Assembly (NCBI RefSeq): GCF_003704095.1
Contig: NW_020844212.1
Location: 1-64,000 of the forward strand
DNA from: Pocillopora damicornis
Taxonomy: Eukaryota
DNA: 64,000 nucleotides
Direction: 5' to 3'
Part shown: piece by piece, positions 13,401 to 25,652 of the stretch
How the letters are laid out: each line of letters starts with the position of its first letter
Numbering within the stretch: position 1 is the first letter of the stretch
Translations under genes and position numbers: made by a program
Notes under the pieces: generated by a model
What the model was told of the DNA's origin: nothing
Seen by the model: only the letters and a program-made list of their open reading frames with translations
Database searches by the model: none

Positions 13401-15044
13401 CTTTTATATAACTAACTATATAAACATTATACATAGCAATGTTGTCTCATAGATGATGTCTGTGTGGTCTTGTTTGATTTTTACCTTTCCCTTGCTCAAA
13501 AATATGAAATTGTGCCTAGGACAACATTACATTTTGGAGCACAGTGCTGTGATTTCTGACACAGTATATTTAAAGCGATTACTGATGGCAAAGGAATTAA
13601 TTGGTACTTCAATGAAGAATGTAGAGCACAGCAATCAATGTAAACCATCATAACAAAAAACATGGTGACTGGTACATTCACCTAGAACTCTCTGCACAAG
13701 AAAATCCTGGAACCACTCAAAAAATCAAGCAGAAAAGGTCTGGAAAATTTAAACTTTGCATATATAATGGTGTTGTTTTGTGAAATATTGCTTTCTACAT
13801 GTGCCTTACCCTAAAAATAATGGTAAAATGTACAGGCACCATCTTTGTCTGTAAGTGGATTGAATCTATTGGGTAAACACCTGAAAAAATAATAATATTG
13901 ATACAAATAAAATGAGGGTTTAGTATAGGTATGCTGTGGTTTAGTTTTATCCTTAGTTTAATTCTTTTACTTTTAATAGAAGCCAAATTGATAGTGACAT
14001 ATCATCTCACCATAACTTAGGAGCTAAATTTTATCTTTCTTTACACAAAATGCATTTTCATTCATACCATTAACAAAACTTTTATAACTAGCGCATAATT
14101 TTCCAAAAAAATGTTTACAATGGAGCTTATCACCTCATCAGAACTTTTGATGTGTAAAAAGTTTGTGAGTTAACTTTCCAGGATATGTGAACTTTGACAT
14201 CGACCATACATCCTAGCTGAATTTTTGTGTAGCCCTATACATTTACAATGATTACATGTCTTCCACTGTATCCATAATAGCCATCAGTGTAGACACTATG
14301 AGATTGCTACATGTAACAAAGTACAAATTATTGTGAGGCTGGAAGAAAGTCACAAGTTTTTGATCATTGAAACACCGACATCTGTCCTGTTTTTTAATCG
14401 TGTAATATCTGATTTTGCATGGCCCAAACAAAATAAAAAAGTCAGTCCTCGACACAGAAGGATTCAATGAATCCAGGTATCATGCAGCTACATGAAATCC
14501 ACAGGAATTTAACACAAAACTTAAACGCGATCTTTGAAGAATGGTTGTAATATTTAAATTTTAAAAAGATACTAGCATGAAATGCAACGAAAACCTTACC
14601 TTACTGAACTAGCTCCGACAGAAAAGTCAGGAAAACCACGACGCAATGTCAAATTCTCGTCTTCCTAAGCTTTCTAATATATGGAAGAAAATTTCCCTAA
14701 TACCTCGCACTTAAAAAAGCTACCAGAATCTTACTCTTTCACCGATCAGAAGCGTCCCAAAAGGCATCAAGGACAGCCCATGAAACAAGGATAGCCCATG
14801 AAGTTCTCAAGCTCTTAACGATCTTTCTACACTTTTGCATTGCATCCCTCCCCTAGTTGGAAAGTGACACACGGAAGACGCGACTACAGTTAACGCACTT
14901 TGATTGGAAGAAGTAAAACCGCATTCTATTGGTTATAAGATGTGAGGACATCGCTACAAAGGAAGACACAACCGCCATGCTATATTTCTTCATTACTTCT
15001 TCAATAACAATTTTGCTTTTGTCGCCGCCCGAGTAAAGTTGAAG

Positions 15045-18000
15045 ATGGCCTCCGCAAAGGATGAAAATTGCATAAGTCCATATAGGAGACTTCTCCTAGA
15101 AATGTCGATGGAACTGTCTAACAAAGATCTGGAGCGGTTGATGTATGCTGTAGGGGATCGTCTTCCCAGGAGATTGACAGAAAACATAGAAAGCGGACTG
15201 AAGTTATTTGAAGCACTCGAACAAGATGTACACATTGGTCCACAGAATCTGACTTTGCTACATGATGGGTTTAAAGCGATCGGCAGAGTGGATCTTGCGC
15301 AAAGCATTCAGGTTTTTTCAAGAAAACTCCACAAAGCTGATGATGATCCGGATGAGACTGACGGTAATTCTGTATAGGGTGTATCTTGTAGAGACAAAAA
15401 ATATTACTCAATCGTTGTCGCATCGGTCGCAAACGTCAGTCTTTAGATCCGAGTTTCTTAGAAAAAAAAAAAACAAATAAGTGTTTTGATGCAAATCTGG
15501 AAACTGACTCGAATTGCTTTATTTAATATTTACAAACAACAGGAATATCTGAATAAAAAATATCCTTTACCCGTAAAATTATTTTAATACTTAAAAGTTC
15601 GATCTGAATTCGACAACGCGGTAATCAAGTTGCAACATAAACATCTTAGAATACTTCGCCTTACAGAGCTCTGCACACCTCGCTTTTTAATTCCCAAACC
15701 TAAATTTTTTAAGCCATAAATTACCACTACTAAAATATTAAGAAAGTGAGTTCAGGTAAAATTATTTAGACACAGGAAATTTTTTTATATTTGTTATGAT
15801 TTTGTCTTAACTAGATGGGCAAGGTGACATGGTTCCTGACGGGGTAGGGGACGGTAGTGATCCGGAACCAAAAGGAAGTGATTTTCCTGACAATGGTGCC
15901 CGAAAAGGTACAGATACGAATAAACTTAGTGAACTGGTTCATTCTGAGTATCGCTCCATAATAAAGAACTTTTTTTCTAATCTTATTTTAAGTTTTAACC
16001 CAACAATTTTTTCCAGTGGAAACCTTAAAACCTGGCGATTTGAGCTTTTAATTAATCCAAGTTCTTCCCCCTCTCCCTCCCACCCAACTCGGCCCTAGAT
16101 AAGGAAAAAAGGAATCACGTGGGGTATAACATCATGCTAGCAACGTATCAAGAAAAGCGGATCGGCCTAAAGTTGAGCAGGCTTTGTTTAATGAATAGGG
16201 CCTTTTCTTCCAACTCAGCAGCTGCAGCTGACGAACATGTCATGACATTTCGATCTGTAGTTGATCAGCCACATCCTGCGAATCCTAGAAATACTTCAAC
16301 AGGGTTAAGTGGCGGTGATGCGGATGGCCGTACAGCTGAACATCTTGTTGCTGTCAGAAGTGATGCTTCGCTAACTGTTACAAATAATGGTGAGAACCTG
16401 AAAAGGGAAGGAAATTAATACTTTAAATACTTTAGGAATGTGGACAACAAGTGAACTACTTATAAAACTTTATGCGTCACTGTTGCTTTGTGAACGTTTA
16501 AATATATGCTTTGGGCAGTTTAACTGATCTCTGGGTAGCAAATTAATTGAAGCAGTTTCCAATTGAGTGTCAAGACTAACCCGAGATTTCTTTGCTTTTG
16601 CTTATCTTCGCTTAGTGATTGGTCAAGAAATCTCGAACCACTTTCTGAAACAATCATGCAGATTCGAAACTAAAACCGATTCTCGCGTTTGAGGCAGTTT
16701 CTCTTTTTCACTAGGAGTTTTCACTGGCTATTTCTGATGATTTCCTTTGTTCTGATTGGCTGTTGTCATCAATGTGGTTTGTGTGTGAAATCTCTTTCCT
16801 TCTTTAAATTTCAGGCTCCTCTTTAGAATCTGCGCGGGGACCCTGTCCTGCACCTTCTCGGGATTTCGTCCTTGAATCGTCTGCTCGACTCCAGCCTGAT
16901 CCAGCTGCAGGACCTGCACCTGCTCGATACGTGAACTTTCTGGTTCACGAGGGCTACGTCGTGGAAATCCTGGGAGGAAAACACTATAAGACCCCTGATG
17001 GAGAATTTGTAGAGATGAAGAGTGGGACGCAATATAAAATACACGTCAAAAATTCTCATGCTTATGGTAAAAGTCATACATATTACTGTTTCAAAAACAC
17101 TTTTCAACTTTGTCACCATGTCAAATTGGGGTGAAAACACACTGTTAAGTTTCAATGGACTCCTCTTACTGACTGCGCTACCACGTTCTTTTTGACAAGA
17201 ACTTCACCCCTACCCTGATGAACGGACCTGCACCGGTCCCCATCCAGAAAATCATAACCAGGGTGACTCTTTATTTTCGCTGGTGCATGGGGAACACCTC
17301 ACTGCACTTCATTTGCTTAGAGGTCAAGAGACGTTATAAGCGTCTACCAATTATACAATTTCTTTCTCACTTTTCATTGAGTCCCTTTCGTTTCTTTTTG
17401 CATGGAAGACTGAATTCGTCAATACTCTATGATGAAGATCTCGATTTTATACATATAAGATCATTGACCACTTGCGCCTTTTTTCCAGGTTGCCATGTCG
17501 ACATATCTATTGATGGTTATGACGTAGGGGGATGGGCTCTCCGCGGTGGAGAAGAGATGTCAATAGAAAGACCAGCTTATGAGGCCAAGAAGTTCACCTT
17601 CTACCGAGTGAAAACTGCACCGAAAGAGGCAGGAATTGAATCTGGCCGGCCCGAAAATGGAGTTGTTAAGTGCGTGTTCACACCTGAAGCTTTTCTTAAC
17701 ATTCCAGTGATCACCTCTGACTCGTCTCAGCCTTTGAATGTGAGCATGCCTCCATCGGCGACAGTTGGTGAGTTGAAACGTAAATTGCAGCACCAGATGG
17801 GAGTTATGGATGACCCCTATCAAGTTCTGGCTAAAAGCGACAAGGTCCTATCAAATGGTACACGACTACGGTAAGAAATATAAAGCCTACAAGCCTATAG
17901 GATGATCCTTTGGATGGCGGACTAGTAAGGGATAAAATCTTGTCAATTTTCTCTTTTTTCCATCAGAGATATAATTGAGAAACCCATGGATTTGAGACTA

Positions 18001-18153
18001 ATAGATGCAGAAATATCAATTACAGTAACAGCCGAGGCGTGTTCCAATTGTCCTTTTCCAATAAAGGTGCATCCCGGCAAGGTAAAGGTCCATTATCTCA
18101 TGGAACAGATAGAAGGGAAGATTCAAGTCCCAATCAGGGATCAAAAGCTTTAC
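15045..18153 (+). CDS. DED-domain / beta-domain / multi-ubiquitin-like protein, paralog 1, 5' part
   Basis: GT-AG exons in one continuous frame: 15045-15363 (DED with DLE..L and GRVDL = RxDL motif), 15815-15907, 16219-16389, 16815-17066, 17489-17870 (beta domain ..ISIDGYDVGGW..IERP..KKFTF..NGVVKCVFTPE then UBL1 ..ATVGELKRKL..) and 17967-gap 18153 (UBL2 ..IEGKIQVPIRDQKLY). Confidence 0.85.
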
Positions 18154-18347
18154 NNNNNNNNNNNNNNNNNNNNNNNNNNNNNNNNNNNNNNNNNNNNNNN
18201 NNNNNNNNNNNNNNNNNNNNNNNNNNNNNNNNNNNNNNNNNNNNNNNNNNNNNGTTATGCGACCAGATATTCCCGTTCTTTCCGTCGTTTGGCCTGAGTT
18301 CAGAAAGACTATAACGTTATTTGTCATTGGTTGTGATCTTTAACAGG

Positions 18348-19829
18348 TTGTCATTTGGACATATCTATTGATGGTTACGATATTGGTGGATGGGCTCTCC
18401 ACGGAGGAGAGGAGATGTCAATCGAAAGATCAGCTTATGAGGNNNNNNNNNNNNNNNNNNNNNNNNNNNNNNNNNNNNNNNNNNNNNNNNNNNNNNNNNN
18501 NNNNNNNNNNNNNNNNNNNNNNNNNNNNNNNNNNNNNNNNNNNNNNNNNNNNNNNNNNNNNNNNNNNNNNNNNNNNNNNNNNNNNNNNNNNNNNNNNNNN
18601 NNNNNNNNNNNNNNNNNNNNNNNNNNNNNNNNNNNNNNNNNNNNNNNNNNNNNNNNNNNNNNNNNNNNNNNNNNNNNNNNNNNNNNNNNNNNNNNNNNNN
18701 NNNNNNNNNNNNNNNNNNNNNNNNNNNNNNNNNNNNNNNNNNNNNNNNNNNNNNNNNNNNNNNNNNNNNNNNNNNNNNNNNNNNNNNNNNNNNNNNNNNN
18801 NNNNNNNNNNNNNNNNNNNNNNNNNNNNNNNNNNNNNNNNNNNNNNNNNNNNNNNNNNNNNNNNNNNNNNNNNNNNNNNNNNNNNNNNNNNNNNNNNNNN
18901 NNNNNNNNNNNNNNNNNNNNNNNNNNNNNNNNNNNNNNNNNNNNNNNNNNNNNNNNNNNNNNNNNNNACCAAGGGAGTGCCTCCCTGATAAACTCATCTG
19001 CAGTCCACGACCGGCTGTAGCCGTCATCCTCCCGGAGTATATTCACATAACTGTGGAAGAACAGAATGGTGACTCGCATGCCTTGAAGATAGACAAAGAG
19101 AAGAACTTGAAGGCTGTCATGGAAGAAATTCCTTCGTGTTGTAACCTGCAAGAAAATACACAGGTCATATTTTATTTCAATGAAAAAAAACTCTGTCCTT
19201 TTAAAAATAAAGGGAACTTAGACAACCTGGGTATTTGTTCTGGATCAAGGCTCGAGTNNNNNNNNNNNNNNNNNNNNNNNNNNNNNNNNNNNNNNNNNNN
19301 NNNNNNNNNNNNNNNNNNNNNNNNNNNNNNNNNNNNNNNNNNNNNNNNNNNNNNNNNNNNNNNNNNNNNNNNNNNNNNNNNNNNNNNNNNNNNNNNNNNN
19401 NNNNNNNNNNNNNNNNNNNNNNNNNNNNNNNNNNNNNNNNNNNNNNNNNNNNNNNNNNNNNNNNNNNNNNNNNNNNNNNNNNNNNNNNNNNNNNNNNNNN
19501 NNNNNNNNNNNNNNNNNNNNNNNNNNNNNNNNNNNNNNNNNNNNNNNNNNNNNNNNNNNNNNNNNNNNNNNNNNNNNNNNNNNNNNNNNNNNNNNNNNNN
19601 NNNNTTGTTTAAGGTGCCGTCGCACGGGATGGAAGTATGCTTCTATTTTGACAATTTTATCTTGTGAATTGATGGAGCCAACGATAGAAATATCTGTCGA
19701 ATGCCTTTTCTTTGTATTAGATTACGGAGTTACGCACGGCTGTACCCTTCACGTGACGAAACATCTGGCCGCTGATGGTTCCATCATTCCTCACGAAACG
19801 TCTAAGTGTAACGGGCAAGAGTTCGAAAG
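18348..19829 (+). CDS. Gap-separated exon fragments of a second DED/UBL paralog
   Basis: 18348-18442 GCHLDISIDGYDIGGWALHGGEEMSIERSAYE duplicates the 17489 exon. 18968-19257 PRECLPDKLICS..IHITVEEQNGDSHALKIDKEKNL..LGICSGSRLE is UBL2/3. 19721-19829 DYGVTHGCTLHVT is the UBL4 end, with the same phase-1 entry and phase-2 exit as 38539-38623. Confidence 0.75.
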
Positions 19830-20451
19830 GTTAGCCGCATGCGCGCAAATCGCAAATCGACCTTTGCACAAAGAAACTTTTACTTACGCCCTGTATATAG
19901 GCATCCCTTATTTCACGTTAAGCGGCATCAAGATCATTTAACTGAGTGCAACTATCTTACGAAGTGGTTACCTTAATTCCTAAATATAAAGCCTTCGTAG
20001 TGAGTTCACTATCGTGGTCCTTAACTGCTATACTAAAGTTTTAGAAGCGTAGTCCATTAACTACTTTGTGAAACGCCCGTTTTGAATGAAGAATAACGTA
20101 CCAAGAGATTACAATCTCTTGAACGAACATATTACTTTCTCTAGAACCTAGCTTGGTTTCTATCCAAGGATTTGTTAAAATGATCGTAAAAGCAAAGTGA
20201 TTTTGACAAGGTTTACTTTCCTTCTCCATACGCATGCTAATTANNNNNNNNNNNNNNNNNNNNNNNNNNNNNNNNNNNNNNNNNNNNNNNNNNNNNNNNN
20301 NNNNNNNNNNNNNNNNNNNNNNNNNNNNNNNNNNNNNNNNNNNTAAACGGGAAATTGATTATTACTTATTACTCAGTAAGAAATGGAACCAGACCACGGG
20401 CTATGCTACAGAAACATTCTCAAAACATATGCCTCTTAATTTGCCCCTCAC

Positions 20452-23314
20452 CATAAGTGCGTGAATTTTTTACTAGTATTTTATACTGTGTTCCACTTTT
20501 CACTTCCACAAACTCTCCATCACGGGTCTTAAAGTGTTTTCCACCCAATATTTCCACCGAGTAACCCTCGTAAAATAGAAAGTTAACATATCGCGCAGGT
20601 TCCGGTTCAATAGCTGGATCAAGTTGGAATCGGGAAGATGAAGCGACTTGAGTGGGCCCCGTTTGCTGTCCTGCGGGTGCTGGCAAGGGCGCTGGATGTG
20701 TTCCCATTGATCTCAGAGAGGAGTCTAGGTTAAACAAAGAACAAAAATAGATTTGGGCCTCACAAAACGTAAAAAATAGATCGTATAATGGAAAGAGGGT
20801 GAGGAGAGTTGAAAAATTATTCTCTTTTTTAGGTCAGTCTGATAGTTTTGTATAGTCTTTCAATCCCGCACTTCCAAGCGTAACGTGCTTATGAAAGGAG
20901 TCGATCAAAATGGTGCCTAGTAAGACAATGGCATGTAAGGGTGAATGAAGCATATATTTCTCACTGACTCCTCTGAGCTATGGATGAAGTTTATTCCCCA
21001 CCGAAACGTCGCCCAAGGGCCTCAAATTGAAACGGTAAAAAAACGAGAACCGAGACTAATTACAGCACAGAGAGAAATGATGAGCTTGGTAATATATTTA
21101 TTGCGCCTATAATGCGTGTCTGNNNNNNNNNNNNNNNNNNNNNNNNNNNNNNNNNNNNNNNNNNNNNNNNNNNNNNNNNNNNNNNNNNNNNNNNNNNNNN
21201 NNNNNNNNNNNNNNNNNNNNNNNNNNNNNNNNNNNNNNNNNNNNNNNNNNNNNNNNNNNNNNNNNNNNNNNNNNNNNNNNNNNNNNNNNNNNNNNNNNNN
21301 NNNNNNNNNNNNNNNNNNNNNNNNNNNNNNNNNNNNNNNNNNNNNNNNNNNNNNNNNNNNNNNNNNNNNNNNNNNNNNNNNNNNNNNNNNNNNNNNNNNN
21401 NNNNNNNNNNNNNNNNNNNNNNNNNNNNNNNNNNNNNNNNNNNNNNNNNNNNNNNNNNNNNNNNNNNNNNNNNNNNNNNNNNNNNNNNNNNNNNNNNNNN
21501 NNNNNNNNNNNNNNNNNNNNNNNNNNNNNNNNNNNNNNNNNNNNNNNNNNNNNNNNNNNNNNNNNNNNNNNNNNNNNNNNNNNNNNNNNNNNNNNNNNNN
21601 NNNNNNNNNNNNNNNTGGCTGATTAACTGGCTGCACTTTAGTGTGAAATGGATCAGCTTCAGCTAATGCATGTACAAGAATAGAGAGAGCATTTTAGGTT
21701 TATAACCTTGAGCTAAATAAAAAAGGCAACTACAACAGAATATAGATTTTGTACACAGGCTGAGCCACACATAGACTTATGCCTTATGCTATCCAAACAT
21801 TATCCAACAAACAGGTAATGAAAATAATCAAACTTATCAGGTAGTTAGGTAAGTTAGTGTTAACAACTGGGTTGAAAACGTAAATNNNNNNNNNNNNNNN
21901 NNNNNNNNNNNNNNNNNNNNNNNNNNNNNNNNNNNNNNNNNNNNNNNNNNNNNNNNNNNNNNNNNNNNNNNNNNNNNNNNNNNNNTTTTCAGCAAGTGAC
22001 TAAGCATACAATCCCCAATATGGTCAATCATTTTGTCATCCACCCAACATGATAATGAAATACATAGATTATCAGCAATTAATTTTTCGCAACATAGTTA
22101 CAATTTTGAATCAAAATAGAAAAAAATGATGTGTTTAAAAATCCAGGCATCATGGTATGGTTAATCAAAATAAAAGTTTTTTTTTGCAACTTTTACTCCA
22201 GCTCATTTCCAAATAAAACTTTCTGATACTTTAACTCTCAGAAGTGACTAACAGGTAACCTCTCCCAGTAATATTCATATGTTTTCTAGCAAATGGTTAA
22301 TGAGAATACTCAAACTTATCAAGAGGAAGTTTTTATCTTGATCTTGCACCAAATTCTTATCACTAATTTATAAGGAATTGAATAGCAGCAAGAGGAGAGA
22401 ATTAACAATCAGATCTTGCAAGTTAAAGGATTGACAGTTTACTGATAATGCTGTACTTTTATTTCCAGCAGGGTTTACTGTGTCACAAGGATCTCTTTCT
22501 TTAGTTGTATGATCATTGTCATTCCTTCCCTCGTCGCTCACTAAGTCATGTAGCTTAGCTGTTTATGATAAAATTATGGAATTTGAATAATCGCCATTAA
22601 AAACAATAGTTAGTACAATCAATTTCAAACTTCCTAAGGAAGTATTAAGGTTTGTGGCAAACTTAAGCTATGGGAGGTCATTTTGATGGTTATCTATGTT
22701 TTAAGGGAAAAGGATTCGAAAGTGCTTAGGATGCAATACAACGCATAAGACGCATTCCATTGCGTCCAAGTAAAATTTTACACCGGTTTTATGGTTTTTA
22801 GCACGTTTCCCAAATAGCCGAGAAAATGTTTACTAATTATCGTTGTTGACCAAGTAATTCGTTTCTATCTCATGCACAACCCCTGTTGATCAACTTTCCA
22901 CAACAAGTAACGCCATTCAAGCCAAAGATTGATCGCTTAGTTGTAAGAAACGTTCTACCAAAGGTATCCTGTAAATTCTCCTTAATCCGATACACGATAG
23001 AAAAGCTTACCTTCAGGCTCAATTCTGTCGGTTGTAATTGAAAAATCCTGAATTCTCCGCGAGAGATCCACTCTGCCGATTGTCTCAAATATATTCTGTA
23101 GCAAAGTCAAATTTGTTGGGCCAATTTTGTCATCTTTCTGTAGAGCAGTAAACAACTGCAGCCCACTTCCTGTATTTTCTATTATCCCCGAGGGAAGAAA
23201 GTCCTCCGCAGCAGATACTAACTTTTCCAGATCTTTGGTAGATAGTGCATTCGATAGCTCTATGAGCAACTTCCCGTAAGAAATTATGCGGTACTCTTCT
23301 CGTGCTGTGGCCAT
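20452..23314 (-). CDS. DED-domain / beta-domain protein, paralog 2, 5' part
   Basis: Exons 23314-23011 (DED MATAREEY..IGRVDL), 22558-22457 (102 nt, symmetric phase 1) and 20724-20452 (..ARYVNFLFYEGYSVEILGGKHFKTRDGEFVEVKSGTQYKILVKNSRTYG). Intron phases match paralog 1. Confidence 0.85.
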
Positions 23315-23921
23315 TTTCGTGGTAATCTATTCTGAAGAGGTAAGCATATTTTTTCCGCGTTGTACTTAAGCGCTTCCGCTCTATGGTTCGCAGTGGTTCC
23401 CAGTTCTCACCGGGATCTAGCAAACTCACTTACAAGGTTGTTTTGAGCGTAGTAAGAATTGTAATTTATGTCTTTCATGTTTTAATTGTCATTTATTATT
23501 AATATTTTAATTATCACCATGATTGTTATTATCATTTTTGTATCTAGTTTGCTTTACCATTTTTTTTAATATCTAATATTTTTCTTTTAGTTGTGAACAG
23601 GACTTCGACTTCAAGATAAGAAGTGACGACTATGGCTGCAAACAGTAGTGGTTCCATTTTGTTCTCACGGTGAGAGTCTTCATGGCAGAGAAATTACTGA
23701 GGGTACCTTATAATTCCCTGAATGTTTTTTCACCAATTTACTAGTAATGTTCTTGCATTGTTCACGTAGAAACATTAGTTTACTTCATGTGACTTACCCG
23801 GAGTCAGATCGAAAAACCACATTAATTGCACATGAGTCGGGTTAGGGGTGACTGTCACGGGTGTTTACCTCAATTTACATACTGCTCAACGTTCCGATTT
23901 CACTTCAAAGCCGGCAAGGAA

Positions 23922-25652
23922 ATGTGTTCTACATCTGATAATCAAGGAGGCCGAACAATCGACGACAAATTTAGAGAAAGTCTTCTGCGATCTCTTAACG
24001 AACTGAGGCAAGCTTGCATTCTTTGTGACGTTCTCATTCGTGTTGACAAAACGTTGGAGTTTCCTGCTCACCGTTGTGTTTTGGCCGCAGGCAGCGTTTA
24101 TTTTCAAGCTTTGTTCTCGGATGATTTTCGTGAGAGAAAGAGCGGCGTGGTGGAGCTGGAAGGTATATATGGCATGGAAAAAGTCCTTGAATTTCTCTAT
24201 ACGGGTGAGGTGGAGATAAATGAATCCAATGCTCAAGATTTAGTCATGGCTGCCGATTACCTGAATATTCCAGCCTTAAAATTTCATGCTGCTGTTGCGT
24301 TAGAAAAGTTCATCAACATCTCAAATTGTCTCTCCCTACAGAGGTTTTCCACTAAGTTCGACTGTGCTCTGTTGAAAGAATCGTGCACTTTCTTCACAAA
24401 TCAAAACTATTCTATGGTAACAAAATCGGAAGCGTTCAAAGAATTGAGTTTCGAGGCGCTCATTAGGTTACTCAAGAGTGACGAGCTTAATGTTCACAAC
24501 GAAAGCGAAGTGCTCTGTTCTGCGCTCTCCTGGATAAGGTACGATCTTCAGTCGAGGGAGAAACTGCTTCTTGAAGTTCTAAAACATGTTCGGTTTCCGC
24601 TTATCCGCAAGGATTATTTGATCAACATTGTTAAGTGTGATGTGTTGCTTCGAAGTAACGCAGTCGAAGTGAACGTTTTACTGAAAACAATCAAACAAAC
24701 TTCCTCGGCGTCAGAGAAATTTCGAGAACTGCATGTGCCAAGAACTGGACCTCTCGAGACAGTGGTAGCATTGACAGGTGGAAGATCAGTGTCGAAGTAT
24801 GGCTCAAACAACAGTGTTTTGGCGTACATACCGTTGCGTGACTCATGGGTAACGCTATCTAATCTTCACATTCCGCGACACGGTCACAGTGCTGCTGTCT
24901 GCCAAGGTTCTTTGTACTTAGTGGGAGGAGTATGTAGAAATGTCTCAGCTCATTCCCACGTGTGTCGATTTAGCCCTCTCAGGAATAAATGGTACTGCGA
25001 TGTAGCGGATCTTCCTCACCCAGTTTCATTTGCTGCCGTTGTGTCATTAGATGAGAAGTTGTTTGTTATTGGCGGCAAAGACTGCTGCAATACGGCACTT
25101 CGTAGAACACAATGTTACAACCGAGAGCACAATCAATGGCATTTTGTTGCAGACTTGAACTTACCACGTGACAGCCATTGTGCAACAGTATTAAATGATT
25201 CTATCTACGTCATCAGCGGAGACAAAGAGAATTTTAAAAGCTGCGAAAGATACGACTCGACCATTATGAGATGGAACCTTCTCCCGGACATGACCATGTC
25301 ACGCCAACAACCTGCAGTTCATGCACTTCGCGGGAAAGTCTTGGTAGTTGGCGGTTATGCTGGTTCAAATTATAGCATGCGCACAACCTGCGAGATCTTT
25401 GACCCTAAGAAGTTCCAGTGGAGCTTGGTACCTGGACTTGGTGTACCACGTGCGGGATGTGGAATCACGTGCGTGGCAGATCACGTGTATGTGTTTGGCG
25501 GGTCGAATGGCCGATCTATCTTAAACACGTTAGACAGTGTTGAGTGTTACAACGAAGAAGACAAGGAGTGGAGAAAAATCTCGGTTATACCAGAGACTAT
25601 CGTCGCCCCCCAAGTGGCTGTTTTTAGGATGNNNNNNNNNNATCTAACATGA
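23922..25652 (+). CDS. Kelch-like protein (BTB-BACK-Kelch), single coding exon
   Basis: BTB motif LCDVLI..FPAHRCVLAAGSVYFQALF, BACK (LLKSDELNV..ESEV..WIRYD) and Kelch repeats with GG..Y..W signatures. First ATG at 23922; a 10-N gap lies just before the stop. Confidence 0.92.
   Translation: MCSTSDNQGGRTIDDKFRESLLRSLNELRQACILCDVLIRVDKTLEFPAHRCVLAAGSVYFQALFSDDFRERKSGVVELEGIYGMEKVLEFLYTGEVEINESNAQDLVMAADYLNIPALKFHAAVALEKFINISNCLSLQRFSTKFDCALLKESCTFFTNQNYSMVTKSEAFKELSFEALIRLLKSDELNVHNESEVLCSALSWIRYDLQSREKLLLEVLKHVRFPLIRKDYLINIVKCDVLLRSNAVEVNVLLKTIKQTSSASEKFRELHVPRTGPLETVVALTGGRSVSKYGSNNSVLAYIPLRDSWVTLSNLHIPRHGHSAAVCQGSLYLVGGVCRNVSAHSHVCRFSPLRNKWYCDVADLPHPVSFAAVVSLDEKLFVIGGKDCCNTALRRTQCYNREHNQWHFVADLNLPRDSHCATVLNDSIYVISGDKENFKSCERYDSTIMRWNLLPDMTMSRQQPAVHALRGKVLVVGGYAGSNYSMRTTCEIFDPKKFQWSLVPGLGVPRAGCGITCVADHVYVFGGSNGRSILNTLDSVECYNEEDKEWRKISVIPETIVAPQVAVFRMXXXXLT

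Noticed and set aside
20981-21012. GATGAAG..CCGAAACGTC hammerhead-like string
   Set aside because: The core is UGGAUGA rather than CUGANGA, and helix II does not pair.
5501-21666. Long ORF-track entries made mostly of X
   Set aside because: Artefacts of translation through N gaps.
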